64,000 nucleotides of DNA from assembly GCA_964016885.1 (NCBI GenBank), contig OZ024762.1, positions 3,534,001 through 3,598,000 of the forward strand, in the 5' to 3' direction. This stretch comes from Eledone cirrhosa. Lineage: Eukaryota. Position numbers and translations under genes: made by a program. The first letter of the stretch is position 1, and the number at the start of each line of letters is the position of its first letter. Shown one piece after another: positions 27,029-40,100 of this stretch. The notes under the pieces are model-generated. The model was not told the DNA's origin. It searched no databases and saw nothing but the letters and a program-made list of their open reading frames with translations.

Positions 27029-27342
27029 CTAGCAGTGGTACTCGGGGTTGCACGGAATAAGGTATTTTGGAACGTGGGCCGCTAACAGACCTAATCGTGG
27101 AAAAACTGCATGTCTGGACAATATGTAAATATACACAGTTACAATTTCAAGGAAATCGGTCTGACGTAACGCCTCAAAAACCCCTAAAAAGCTGAAAAAA
27201 CGCAGTTTTTCACCTAATGCGGGCCCTAGAGGATCAAAAAGTTGAAACATAAGTAATACACATGTAAAGTTTGAAAAAAATCGGTTGGGTACTTCTCGAG
27301 TTTTAGGGATTCAAACTCACAGACACAGACAGACATCCTCAG

Positions 27343-27345
<3 letters not shown>
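27029..27345 (-). mobile_element. Non-autonomous Helitron-like element
   Basis: On the minus strand it starts in TA with a (CTGT)n microsatellite and ends ccgtgcaaccccgagtaccactgCTAG|T (GC-rich subterminal segment plus CTAG). Related ends at about 19559 and 14610-14700. Confidence 0.6.
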
Positions 27346-27429
<84 letters not shown>

Positions 27430-27432
<3 letters not shown>

Positions 27433-27970
27433 CATCATTATCATCATCATCATTTTACGTCTGCTTTTCCCTGCTTGTAAAGGTTGGACGGGTCCTATTC
27501 AGCACAGCATCTCTCCACTTGTCACGGTCCTTCGTCATCTCCTCCGTGAGCTTCAGCGATCTGAGGTCTGCTCTCACCACCTCCGCCCATGTTTTTCATG
27601 GTCTTCCTCAACTTCGTCTTCCTTCTACTGGGATTTCTTGGCACTTCCTTACCCAGCGGTCATCCTCCATGCCCATCACATGTCCATACCATCTCAGTCT
27701 TCTCTCCTGCACACTACAACTTATCCCTCTTATACCCAGTTTCTCTCTCAACTCATCTATGCTTGGTAGTTCACGCACATTGACATTGCACATCCAACGG
27801 AGCATGCTTGCTTCATTTCTCTCCAGCCGTCGTATATCCTCCGCAGTTGCTGCCCATGTCTCACTACCATGCAGCATCGCGCATCTCACACAGGCATCAT
27901 ATATCCAGCCTTTCGTTCGTAGGAAGAAACCCTTCTTTGTCAACAGAGGAAGCAGCTCCCTAAACTTCTT
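27430..27970 (-). mobile_element. RTE 3' fragment (same subfamily as 5765-6998)
   Basis: HGSETWAATAEDIRRLERNEASMLRW...RRLRWYGH, with a (ATG)n tail and TA flanks. Confidence 0.9.
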
Positions 27971-28344
27971 ACATATATATATATATGTAGATATATATAT
28001 ATATATATATGTACATATATTTGTATATATATATGTATATCTATATGTACATAATTGTTTCTACTATTGGCACAAGGCCAGCAATTACCCAGTACATTAC
28101 TGGTACTTTATTTTATCGACCCTGTAAGGATGAAAGGCAAAGTTAACGTCGGCGGGATTTGAACTCAGAATGGCAAGGGTCGTAACTCTATGCTTCAAAG
28201 CATGGCGTCCGACCCTCTACCGATACTGCCAATCCACCATATAATGTCATCAATAAATATACCGTCAGAGCAGGTTGAAAATATTCACATTAGATTTACG
28301 GTGATGGCAGGGAAGGTGTTGCATACTAGATATATACCGTCAGC

Positions 28345-28680
28345 TCCTGTAATACTGCGTAGGGCCAGAGATCAAGGACCTGTGTCATCACCTTAGTCAG
28401 GTGTAATTGTGAAAAGTCAGCTCTTTTTACCTTCTCCCAAGTCTTCCTTGGTCTGCCTACTCTATGGCTTCTGTCAACTTTGAGTGTCCTGCACCTTTTT
28501 TTATACAGCTCTCATCCTTCATACACATCACATGTCCATACCAACGCAACCTCCTCTCCTGTACACAACATCTGATCAAGTCTTATGCCTAGTTTCTCTC
28601 CCAGTTCATTTATGCTGTTCAAGTATATTCCTATTCCACATCCATCGGAGCATGCTGAATTTCCTGGAGAATTATATTAA
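28345..28680 (-). pseudogene. Degraded RTE C-terminal fragment
   Basis: SMLRWM...VQERRLRWYGHVM-like remnants. Confidence 0.7.
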
Positions 28681-29567
28681 GAGTACACATGTCTGTGGAA
28701 TACTCAGCCACTTGTATATAAATTTCATGCGCCGGCTGTCCTGTCATTGATGTGGTGGTGATGGTGAATGTGGTGGTGGTGGTGGTGATGGATGTGGTGT
28801 TGGTAGTGGATGTGGTGGTGGTGGTGATGGATGTGGTGGTGGATGTGGTGGTGGATGTGGCGATGGTGGTGGTGGAGAGGAACAAGAGAATGTCATCCTA
28901 AGTCCTTAAGTGATTATATTAGCGAGAGAGAGAGAATGAAATAACTATTACGAGAGAGAGAATGTCATCCAAAGTTAAGTGATATAGTAGAAATATGAAA
29001 CAACTAGCAACTATTACAGGAGGGAGAGGGAGAGGCACAGAGAGGGGGGGGGGGGAGAATGAAACAATTAGCAAGAGAGAGAGAGACAAGAGACAATGAA
29101 TCAACTATTACAAGGGAGGGAGAGAGAGAGAGACAATGTAACAACTATGACAAGAAGGGGAGAGACAAGAGACAATGAATTAACTATTACAAGAGAGGGA
29201 GAGAGACCATGTAACAACTATAACAAGAGAGAGAGAGAGAGAGACCATGTAACAACTATAACAAGAGAGAGAGAGAGAGAGAGACCATGTAACAACTATA
29301 ACAAGAGAGAGACAAGAGACAATGCTATCCTAATATATTAAAATATAAAAGAAGCAGCAGTTCTAGAATGTTCTATTGTCAAACTGACATTACTGATTAG
29401 ATATTCTAAATATCACACTTTATATAATTATATACACTCTTTTTAATATAGAATCACACTTTATATAACTATATATACACTCTCTAATATAGAATAAATG
29501 ATTCACTAATCTATATTGTATGTGTCAGTGAGTCTGTATGTGTGAGTGTATGTATATATATATATAA

Positions 29568-29677
29568 TAGTACCACTGATGATGTCGCAGAAGTGTGACG
29601 AAAGAACTTTGATAGACTTGTAATGACTAGCGAGTTACTTCCCTTGTATCGGCACTATCTTAAATATAGGAGAGGCT
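29568..29677 (+). ncRNA. Hammerhead-like core in a 110-bp insert between TA tracts
   Basis: CTGATGA(29576)-t-gtcgca(gaag)tgtgac-GAAA. Stems I and III are degenerate. Confidence 0.45.
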
Positions 29678-30613
29678 ATATATATATATATTCTTAACTG
29701 TTGGTCAATCAATGATAAACATTGATTGCCAAATAAATTAACTATGGAGATATAAAAGATACAGAAGCGAAAACGAACCCAAACCAAACAGTGAGTGTGT
29801 TCTGTTATTATTTCTGATAATATTATTACATGGCCCTCCCCAAGTATAGCAATATATATATATGTGTGTGTGTTTAAGGGTTAGGTTATAAGGATAATGT
29901 CTGGGGTAGAGATTTAGGGGAGATCTCTTAGCTCTAATATAGACATTTACTTCAGGATTAGCTCAGTTTTTACAAATGTAATTTTAACGAGTTTAGAATC
30001 CAACAGTCTTGTCCTGGATGGTTTGTTGTGGCCTTTCTTTTCTGACTGTATTGTTTACACTTAGGGCATTGATGATCGCTTGTTTACTCTATATATGTGT
30101 GTATAGTGTATATATGTGTATATAGTGTATATATAGTGTATAATAGTGTATATATGTGTATATAGTGTATATATAGTGTATATATGTGTATATAGTGTAT
30201 ATAGTGTATATATGTGTATATAGTGTATATAGTGCATATGTGTGTATATAGTGTATATATGTGTATATAGTGTATATATGTGTATAATAGTGTATATATG
30301 TGTATATATGTGTATATAGTGTATATATGTGTATATAGTGCATATATGTGTATATAGTGCATATATAGTGTATATATGTGTATATATGTGTATATATGTG
30401 TATATAGTGTATATATGTGTAGTGTAAGTGTATGTATATTTAGGGGAGTTATCGAAGGTGAATTGACTGGTTAGAGCAATTACATATATATATATACAAG
30501 GTGTTCCCCAAAAATGTATACACACTTTGATTACCTGAACAGGCAATATCTATTAGATTATTATTGACATGTGTATACATCTTTAGGGGACACCTTGTGT
30601 GCGTGTGTGTGTG

Positions 30614-30650
<37 letters not shown>

Positions 30651-30797
30651 GGTACATATAAAGAACATGGTAAATGAAAGGAGTATATGCTCTGCTGTGC
30701 TGTAGATACACATACACACACACACATACAGAAATGCACACACATACATACACACACACACAGCAACGCACATGCACAAACACACACGCATATCTGT

Positions 30798-31410
30798 TCT
30801 TGGTCCTCTTGTTTGTTGCATATATTAATGACATAGATGCCAACTTAAAGAATGCCACAGGACTGAAATATACAGATGACATCAAGCTGTACCTTGAGAT
30901 AAAAAGGACAGATCCTGAACACTATAGATCTTTCCTGCAATCAGGCCTGGACACAATGCAACAATGAATTATGGACTGGCAACTCAAGTTGGCTGTGGAC
31001 AAGTGTACCACCATGCATTTTAGGAGGAAAATCCAGCATCCACATACTCTTTCCACAACACTAATATCAAGAAGTTTTCTTGTGAACGCGACCTGGGCAT
31101 TATTATCAACAGTGATTTGCATTGAACAGAGCAGATCTCTAAAATTGTCAAGAAGGCTAAGGGTATCTTGGTATCACTCAATAGACCTTTGTCAGTCATT
31201 CTCCAGCTATCTATTTTCTATTTAAAGCTGTATATAGCTATGGTGTGGACACACTTAGAATTTGCATCATCAGTTTGGAACTCCTATCTTGCTCAGAATA
31301 TTGATCACCTGGAAACTGTTTAGAGACATGCAACCAAACGAATACCCTCCATCAGGCATCTACCATACTCTGAACACCTACCTTGCTTCCCTGGGCATGG
31401 ATACATTAAA
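30798..31410 (+). pseudogene. CR1/L2-type LINE RT remnant
   Basis: LFVAYINDIDANLKNATGLKYTDDIKLY...WQLKLAVDKC...ERDLG...LEFASSVWN, with stops and frameshifts. Confidence 0.8.
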
Positions 31411-31999
31411 GTTTGGCGTCTACCCCAGGGTTTCCTGCTGGATGGTTTTTGCCTATAAAATATATCCAGCGATTCTTTCCTGAGACATTATAACCACATG
31501 CCCATAGTATCAGAGCTGTCATCTCTCGATTCAGAGAAGTAGCAGGTCTAACTGAAGTGACTCTCTGATCTCCTGAGACATTCTAACCACATACCCTTAA
31601 TATCAGAGCTGTGATCTCTCGATTCAGAGAAGTAACGGCTCTACCTGAAGTGACTCTCTCATCTCTGAAGTACACACTTTATCGAGTAACGTTACTCCAA
31701 AGACCCTTCGGTGGAATCCCATTTCGTCCCCTTGTATTCACGATCATGATTCATGACCATAGGTAAGGGTTGGCACTAATACCAAATTGAAGATAGTGAC
31801 TTTGGCTTTTATGCCTACTCCACTTCTTCTGATTACTGAATAGCGGAGCTGGTGCACTACTGCACCAGCTGCTGCCATTCCTGCACTTAATTCAACCTCC
31901 TGCCTTCCATCACTCGTGAACATGACCCCAAGATACTTGAACTTCTTTACATGCTTCAGTGGAACTCCATTCACTCTCTTCCTGTTATTTTAAGCATTA

Positions 32000-32034
<35 letters not shown>

Positions 32035-32097
32035 TATATACACATGCATATATATATACACACACACACATGTATATATACCTATAAATATATACTC

Positions 32098-32144
<47 letters not shown>

Positions 32145-32379
32145 CACATATGTATATACATATATATATATATACATATACATATATATATGTACATATA
32201 TATGTATATATATATATACACTTATATACACACACACACATATATATATACATATATATATATATACATATATATATATACACAATACACAATATATATT
32301 CATATATATATATATACACATATATATATACAATACACAATATATATATATACATATATACACAAATACATTCACATAT

Positions 32380-32428
<49 letters not shown>

Positions 32429-32547
32429 TATATATATACAATACACAATATATATACACAAATACATTCACATATACACACATATATATATATATATATA
32501 TATACATATACACACAAATACATTCACATATACATATATATAACACG

Positions 32548-32596
<49 letters not shown>

Positions 32597-32964
32597 AAAA
32601 AAAAAAAATAATGTAACAATAAAAGTTAGGTTATTCCCTTTTCTGTTGGCTTAAAGCCATCTTATATTGAACAAAGCCATTTTCTTTTTCTCCTCTATTG
32701 GTATTTCTTGCAACAATGCACCTTTCCTCTTCCTTGCTCTCTTTCCTTTCAGCAATTTTATCCTCTTTCTTTCGTTCCTCTATCATCAATCTTTTATTAT
32801 TCTTTTATCTAATTATTATTTCTGTTGTTTTTTTTGTTGTTTCTTTGTGAGGAGAGGTGATGGATAAAGACTGATGTAAGACATGTTTTTATTTTGCACT
32901 TATGTACATATGTAATAGTGATTTATAGGGATAGATATAAATACATTTAAATATATATATACTC

Positions 32965-33026
<62 letters not shown>

Positions 33027-33071
33027 ATTCATATAATTCACACATACACACACACATATATATATACACAC

Positions 33072-33120
<49 letters not shown>

Positions 33121-33294
33121 TGAGATTCTACAGGACTAGAACTGTTTCATTCTTTAAAAATCATGTCCTAATGGTTTCTAAAGAATGAAACAGTTCTAGT
33201 CCTGTAGAATCTCATCTATATTAAAACTTTTATACTCTGCTATGTATTGAGTACCTTACTTACTGTGGTTACCTCCGATTCAACCCGGAATAAC

Positions 33295-33346
<52 letters not shown>

Positions 33347-33420
33347 TGTGTCCCAAATAGATGTATATTCACTTCAACAGGATTCTAATAAAAGTGTGTA
33401 TACATTTCTTGGGACACCCC

Positions 33421-33473
<53 letters not shown>

Positions 33474-34499
33474 ATCATCATCGTTTAACAACCATGTATA
33501 TATATATGTACATATTTACACACACACACACGCACACACATATATATATAACATACATTGTCCATGATTTATTGCAAAATTCTGCAATTTGCCACTTAAC
33601 CTCCACCCCCCCCCCCTCCCACAGCCAACACAACCATTCACCACTTTCTATTACTAATACCACCACCACTAATACTACTACTACTGCCACCAACACCACT
33701 ACTGCTAATACTACCACCACCACCACCACCACTACTGCTACTACTACCATCACCACTACTGTTACTACTACCATTACCACCACTACTGCTACTACCACCA
33801 CCATCACCACCACCACTACTGCTACTACTACCATCACCATCACCACCACTACCACCATCACCACCACCGCCACTGCTACCATTACCACCACCACCACCAC
33901 TGCTACTACCACCACCACCACCACTGCTACTACTACTATCACCACCACCACTGCTACAACTACTATCACCACCACCACCACTACTACTACCACCACCACT
34001 GCTACTACTACTACCACCACCACCACTGCTACTACTACTACCACCACCACCACCACCACTACTACTATCACCACCACCACCACCACCACTACTACTACTA
34101 CAGCAATCACTAATTGAACTCATCAGAAATTTGGGAAGAAAATTCTATTGGATAATAAGTATTGGTGGTATACACATACACACATGCACACACACACATA
34201 TACACACATGCACATATACACACACATAGACACACAAACATATACACACATGCACAGATATATGCAAATATATGTGCACATGTACACATGCATACATAGA
34301 CACACGTGTGTGTGTGTATATATACATATATACATATACACACACACACACAGTGATGCACATAGATACATATATATGTGTGTGTATATACATATATACA
34401 CACACATACAGTGATACACATGTACATACATACATTCTTCTGATTGAGATATTTTGTATATTGGTGATAAATAACCTTCTGTATGATATTTGCTACTCC

Positions 34500-35236
34500 T
34501 TAACCCTTTAGCATTTAAACTGGCCTTATTAGTGATTCCCCACGTGGGGGGGGGGGGGGGCATGCCCCACGTGGGAGCAATTTGAATATTGAAGGGGGTA
34601 ATTTTAAAATGATGTTAATGAGCGCAAACTTCAGATTTTACCATATTACTTTTACACCAAGGCAACTTTGGAACAAATTACTATCAGAAACTCCTGTCTC
34701 ACCTCCTCCACATGTTATTGTACATCTGGCACCAACTACACCAAGGCAACTTTGGAACAAATTACTATCAGAAACTCCTGTCTCACCTCCTCCACATGTT
34801 ATTGTACATCTGGCACCACCTACACCAAGGCAACTTTGGTAGACATTACTGTCAGAAACTCCTGTCTCACCTCCTCCTCTGCCACATGTTATTGTACATC
34901 TGGCATCACCCACACACCAAATTTGTTTACACTTTATAGTTGATCATCATTGTTTTTATATGAAAGTGGGTCATAAAAATGTTTGAGATGTTGAGGTAGG
35001 GCATGGGACACAAAAGGTTGAGAACCTCTGCTCTATATTTACTATTGTATTTTCATGGTAAAGTTTTTATTTTTCATAATTATCTCACATAATATCGAAT
35101 CTATGAGATTTTGATATTACTTATTTTGAGAACAATACCTTAACGTCCGTATGAGCAGCCGGTTACAGCCAGTTTGGACAGAAAGAGGTGAGTAAATTCT
35201 GGCTGGATATGGCCAGATTAAATGCTAAAGGGTTAA
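34500..35236. mobile_element. piggyBac-type MITE with a nested hAT-like element (about 34530-35030) containing an 84-bp x3 repeat
   Basis: TTAA-bounded CCCTTTAGCATTTA TIRs. Inner ends TAGTGATTCCCCACGTGG and AAAAGGTTGAGAACCTCTG. Repeat units start at 34653, 34737 and 34821. Confidence 0.7.
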
Positions 35237-36617
35237 ATGTTGAGTTGATAGTTGGAGTATACTGGGAGCTATTTCTAGAGGCATTTTGAACCCATCACAT
35301 TGTTGTGATATACAAATATAGGGTGCCCAAAAAATGTATACACTCTTCAACAGCATTCTAATAAATATATTGCCTTTACAGGTAATCAAATTATGTATAC
35401 ATTTTTTAGGACACCCTCTATTTACTTAATTAGTCGGTCTGTGCATGCATGTAGTTGGGTGCTCCGTGCTGGATGAGTAAGGATGGTCTCCATTTACTAA
35501 TAGGTTTACATTATTGCAGTATCGGTAGAGGTGCGGACGCATTGCTTTGCACCAAAGAGTTACGGCCCTTTATGGTCTGAGTTCAAATCCCGCTGATAAC
35601 AATAAGGCAAGAAGAAGGAGAAGGAGAAGGAGAAGAAGAAGAAGAAGAAAAAGAAGAAGAAGACATAACCAGTGTCCCTTTCAAATTTCAGAAAATCTTG
35701 CAGATCTTTAATGTTGCAGTTATTGAGGAAATCTATAGAATAAGAAGCCTGAAGTGTTGTTACATGTCACCACAACACCAAGTTTAGACTAATCAATACA
35801 TATTGTACAGAAATCAATATTAATATGTATTGAACTGAAACTGTATTTTGGGGACATGGATTTCTATGTTGATGATGATTATCGTGATGACAATGATGAC
35901 AATGACGATAATGATGGTGATGGTAATAACGATGATGATGACAATGATAATGATGATGATGATGATAATGGCAATGAGGAGGATGATGATAGTGATAATG
36001 ATAATGACAATGATGATGATGATGATGATGATAATGATGATAATAATTGTTTCTACTTTTGGCACAAGGCCAGCAATTATATCAGTACATTACTGGTACT
36101 TTATTTTATCGACCCCGTAAGGATGAAAGGCAAAGTTAACCTCGGCGGGATTTGAACTCAGACTGTAAAGGGACGTAACTCTATGCTGTAAAGCATGGCG
36201 TCCGACCCTCTACCGATAGTGCCAATCCACCATGATGATGATGGTGATGACAATGATATGGTGATAATGATGATGATGATGGTGATGACAATGAATCACA
36301 ATAACAGTTATATAAGCAATCACCTCGTTATATCTGATTAGACTGGGAACTCGTTATAAAACATTCTAATTATAACCAAGTCACGTACAATATAAATTAT
36401 TTGCTTTGCTTAGTTTAAACAAGTCATATATTGTTATTTTCTCTATTGCTTCGTTAAAAATATATTATGTAATTAACACAATGTGAATTTTACAAGATAA
36501 TTAGATAATATTTGGTTTAAACTTGTTTAAATATACATATATATACTTGGATATATATATACACATGGATATATACATATATATATATATATATGTATAT
36601 ACACTTGGATATATATA

Positions 36618-36810
36618 CATCATCATCATCATTTTACGTCCGCTTTACCCTGCTTGCAAGGGTGGGACGGGTCTTATTCAGCACAGCATCTCTCCACTCG
36701 TCACGGTCCCTCGTCATCTCCACCGTGAGCTTCAATGATCTGAGGTCTGTTCTCACCACCTCCGCCCATGTTTTTTGTGGTCTACCTCTACCACGTCTTC
36801 CTTCAACATG
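36618..36810 (-). mobile_element. Short RTE 3' end (subfamily of 5765-6998)
   Basis: Nearly identical to 5780-5970 ([22 protein letters not shown]...KRT*), with a (ATG)n tail. Confidence 0.9.
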
Positions 36811-37130
36811 GATATATATATATACACTTGCATATATATACATGGATATATATATATATATATACACTTGCATATATATATATACATGGATATATATATA
36901 TACACTTGCATATATATATACATGGATATATATATATATACACTTGCATATATATACATGGATATATATATATATACACTTGCATATATATATACATGGA
37001 TATATATATATATATATATATACACTTGCATATATATATACATGGATATATATATATACACTTGCATATATATATACATGGATATATATATATATACACT
37101 TGCATATATATATACATGGATATATGTATA
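36806..37130. repeat. TA-based minisatellite (catgga(ta)n cacttgca(ta)n), continuing at 40841-41360
   Basis: The same compound unit lies on both sides of the full-length RTE. Confidence 0.9.
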
Positions 37131-40100
37131 TTACTGATGTAGTATTAACTTGGATATTTACCATGCGACCCTCAGTTCCTACCTCACAATTTCCCTCCCC
37201 CCCACCCCCACACACCACCATAGTCTATTCGACCAATGAAACCTAGCATGCCATTTCCACTGCTGCTGCTGCTACTACCTGCCTAACTAACTCTCTCCTC
37301 CTCTGGCGCATCCCAACACACCCTGCCATTACCCCACCACCACTGTCCTTCTAGCCCTCAATTTTCCCACCGTTAGGGATGGATGAGCTGGGAATACACG
37401 AGCAACTCTGAATCAATAGATGAAATATGAATCTGCGAGCTACCAAGCACCCACGTGAAGCGCCAACCCAGAGACCCTCCCCTACGAGTGTCGACAAATG
37501 CCCAAAACTCCGAGTTGGTACCATCAATGTAGGCTCAATGAAAGGAAGAGCAGGAGAAATCGTAGAAATGCTAGAGCGAAAGGAAGTTGATGTATGCTGT
37601 GTGCAAGAGACTAGATGGAGAGGAGGGTCTGCTAGAGTCCTTGTAGGAAAAAGCCAGTGCTACAAATTTTTCTGGGTGGGAAATGACGATGGGATGGGTG
37701 GTGTAGGTATACTATTAGCTGACAAGTGGGTAGATAAAGTAATCTCAGTGTACAGGGTAAATGCAAGAATCATTAAACTCAGACTAGTCCTGAATAAGAC
37801 AATTACCACAATAATATCAGCTTACGCACCCCAATCGGGGCTGCCAGACGAACTTAAGGATAGGTTTTACGAGTCCCTAATACACACTACTGCTCTAACA
37901 GACGACAAGGACTTCCTAATCATTGCAGGAGATTTTAACGGACACGTAGGTAAACACTGCGACGGCTTCAATAGAGTACATGGAGGCCATGGAGTTGGCA
38001 CAAGGAATGAGGAAGGATTCAGACTTCTAGAATTCTGCGACGCCAATGACATGTCGATATGTAACACAAACTTTAAAAAACCCGACAACCACCTGATCAC
38101 CTATAGATCAGGGGAGCACTCTAGTCAGTTAGATTTTATCCTCATCAGAGGACGTGACAGATGGACGGTCGTAAACACAAAAGCCTTCCCTAGTGAGGAA
38201 TGTACATCCCAACATAGCTTAGTTGTCAGCGACCTCACGGTCAGAACTAGACGAGCCCTGAAACAGAGGCCAACCTGGAGAAGAAAGATCTGGAAGCTGA
38301 AAGTCCCCTCAACCAGTAACAGATTTAAAGATATTTTACTCAACGCCTACGACAGTAAAGAAGAACAGATAGAGACATTTAACGTAGAAGAGAACTGGGA
38401 GTTCCTAAAAAATAACTTACTAGAGGCGACGGATGAGGTTTGTGGCTGGAGTAAGACCTCAAGCAGGAGGAGAGTGACTTGGTGGTGGAACAATAAGGTA
38501 GATGAAGCAGTCAAGGCCAAGAGACAGGCATGGAAAGAATGGAAGAACGGGGGGAGCAGGGTACATTACATAGAGACCAAGAGGGAAGCTAGGCGACAAG
38601 TATACTTAGCTAGGAGGGAAGCAGAGGATAGAAAATTCAAGCATGTTTTACAACGTGAGGACCAGAAACAGGAGGTATTCAAGATTGCGAGGCAGTGTGT
38701 CAGAGATAGTTGTGATGTCATTGGAGAGAAGTGTATCCGGAATGATAAAGGTGAGCTTGCCCTCACAAGTGCTGAGAAGAAAGATGCATGGAAGAGTCAT
38801 TATGATAGATTACTAAATGAGGAGAATGCATGGGAAGAAGAGACCCTACCCCACGTAGACCCTATAGAGGGACCAGCAGTACAAGTCAGCGGCAGCGTAG
38901 TAAGTAAGGCAATCAGAGATATGAAGATAGGGAAGGCAACCGGTCCATCGGGTATAGCTGCCGAGATGCTGAAGGCATCTGGGTCTGTAGGTCACACTAT
39001 AACCACACGTATCGTTAACCAGGTAATACTAGAGGGGGCCATACCAAAAGATTGGTGCAGTAGCATCATTGTCAACTGCTACAAAGGTAAAGGCGATGCA
39101 CTAGATAGAGGAAACTATAGAGGTATAAAGTTGATGGACCAGGTCATGAAAGTAACAGAAAGAGTTATAGCACAGCTGATTAGGGACCGGGTGAATATAG
39201 ACGAGATGCAATTTGGGTTTGTTCCAGGGAAAGGCACCACTGATGCGCTCTTCCTTGTGAGGCAATTACAGGAAAAGTACCTAGCTAAAAGTAAGCCACT
39301 CTACTTGGCATTTGTCGACCTTGAGAAAGCCTTTGACAGAGTTCCACGTGCAGTAATCTGGTGGGCTCTTAGAAAACTAGGAGTAGATGAATGGCTTGTG
39401 AAAGCGGTACAAGCCATGTATAGGGGAGCAGTCAGCAAAGTTAGGATTGGCAATGAGTATAGCGAGGAATTTAGCGTACAGGTTGGGGTCCACCAGGGCT
39501 CTGTTCTTAGCCCTCTCCTGTTCATCATAGTCCTGCAGGCAATAACGGAGGAGTTTAAGACCGGATGCCCATGGGAACTCCTGTATGCTGATGACCTCGC
39601 ACTCATAGCTGAATCTATGGTAGAACTAGAGAATAAATTCCAAACCTGGAAGCAGGGACTAGAGAGAAAGGGCCTCAAAGTCAACATGACAAAGACTAAG
39701 GTCCTTATAAGTAGACGAGAAAACAGAACCCAGATCCCCTCAGGGAAATGGCCTTGCTCAGTATGTAGGAAAGGTGTAGGTAGGAACTCCATTCTTTGCC
39801 CCAAATGCAAACAATGGGTACACAAGAGATGTAGCGGGATCTCAGGAAGCTTAATTAAGAATGTAGGATTCACATGCAGCAGCTGTGCTGAAACAGCAAG
39901 CAAACAGCCACAGGAAACAAGTACCACCAATCTCTGGGAGGGCCCTGTAGAAACAGTAGACAGCTTCTGCTACCTAGGTGACCGAATTAGCAACGGAGGT
40001 GGGTGCTCAGAAAGTACAATAACTAGGGTAAGAACGGGATGGAAGAAGTTTAGGGAACTACTACCACTGCTAGCTGCAAAAGGCTTCTCCCTCAGAATGA

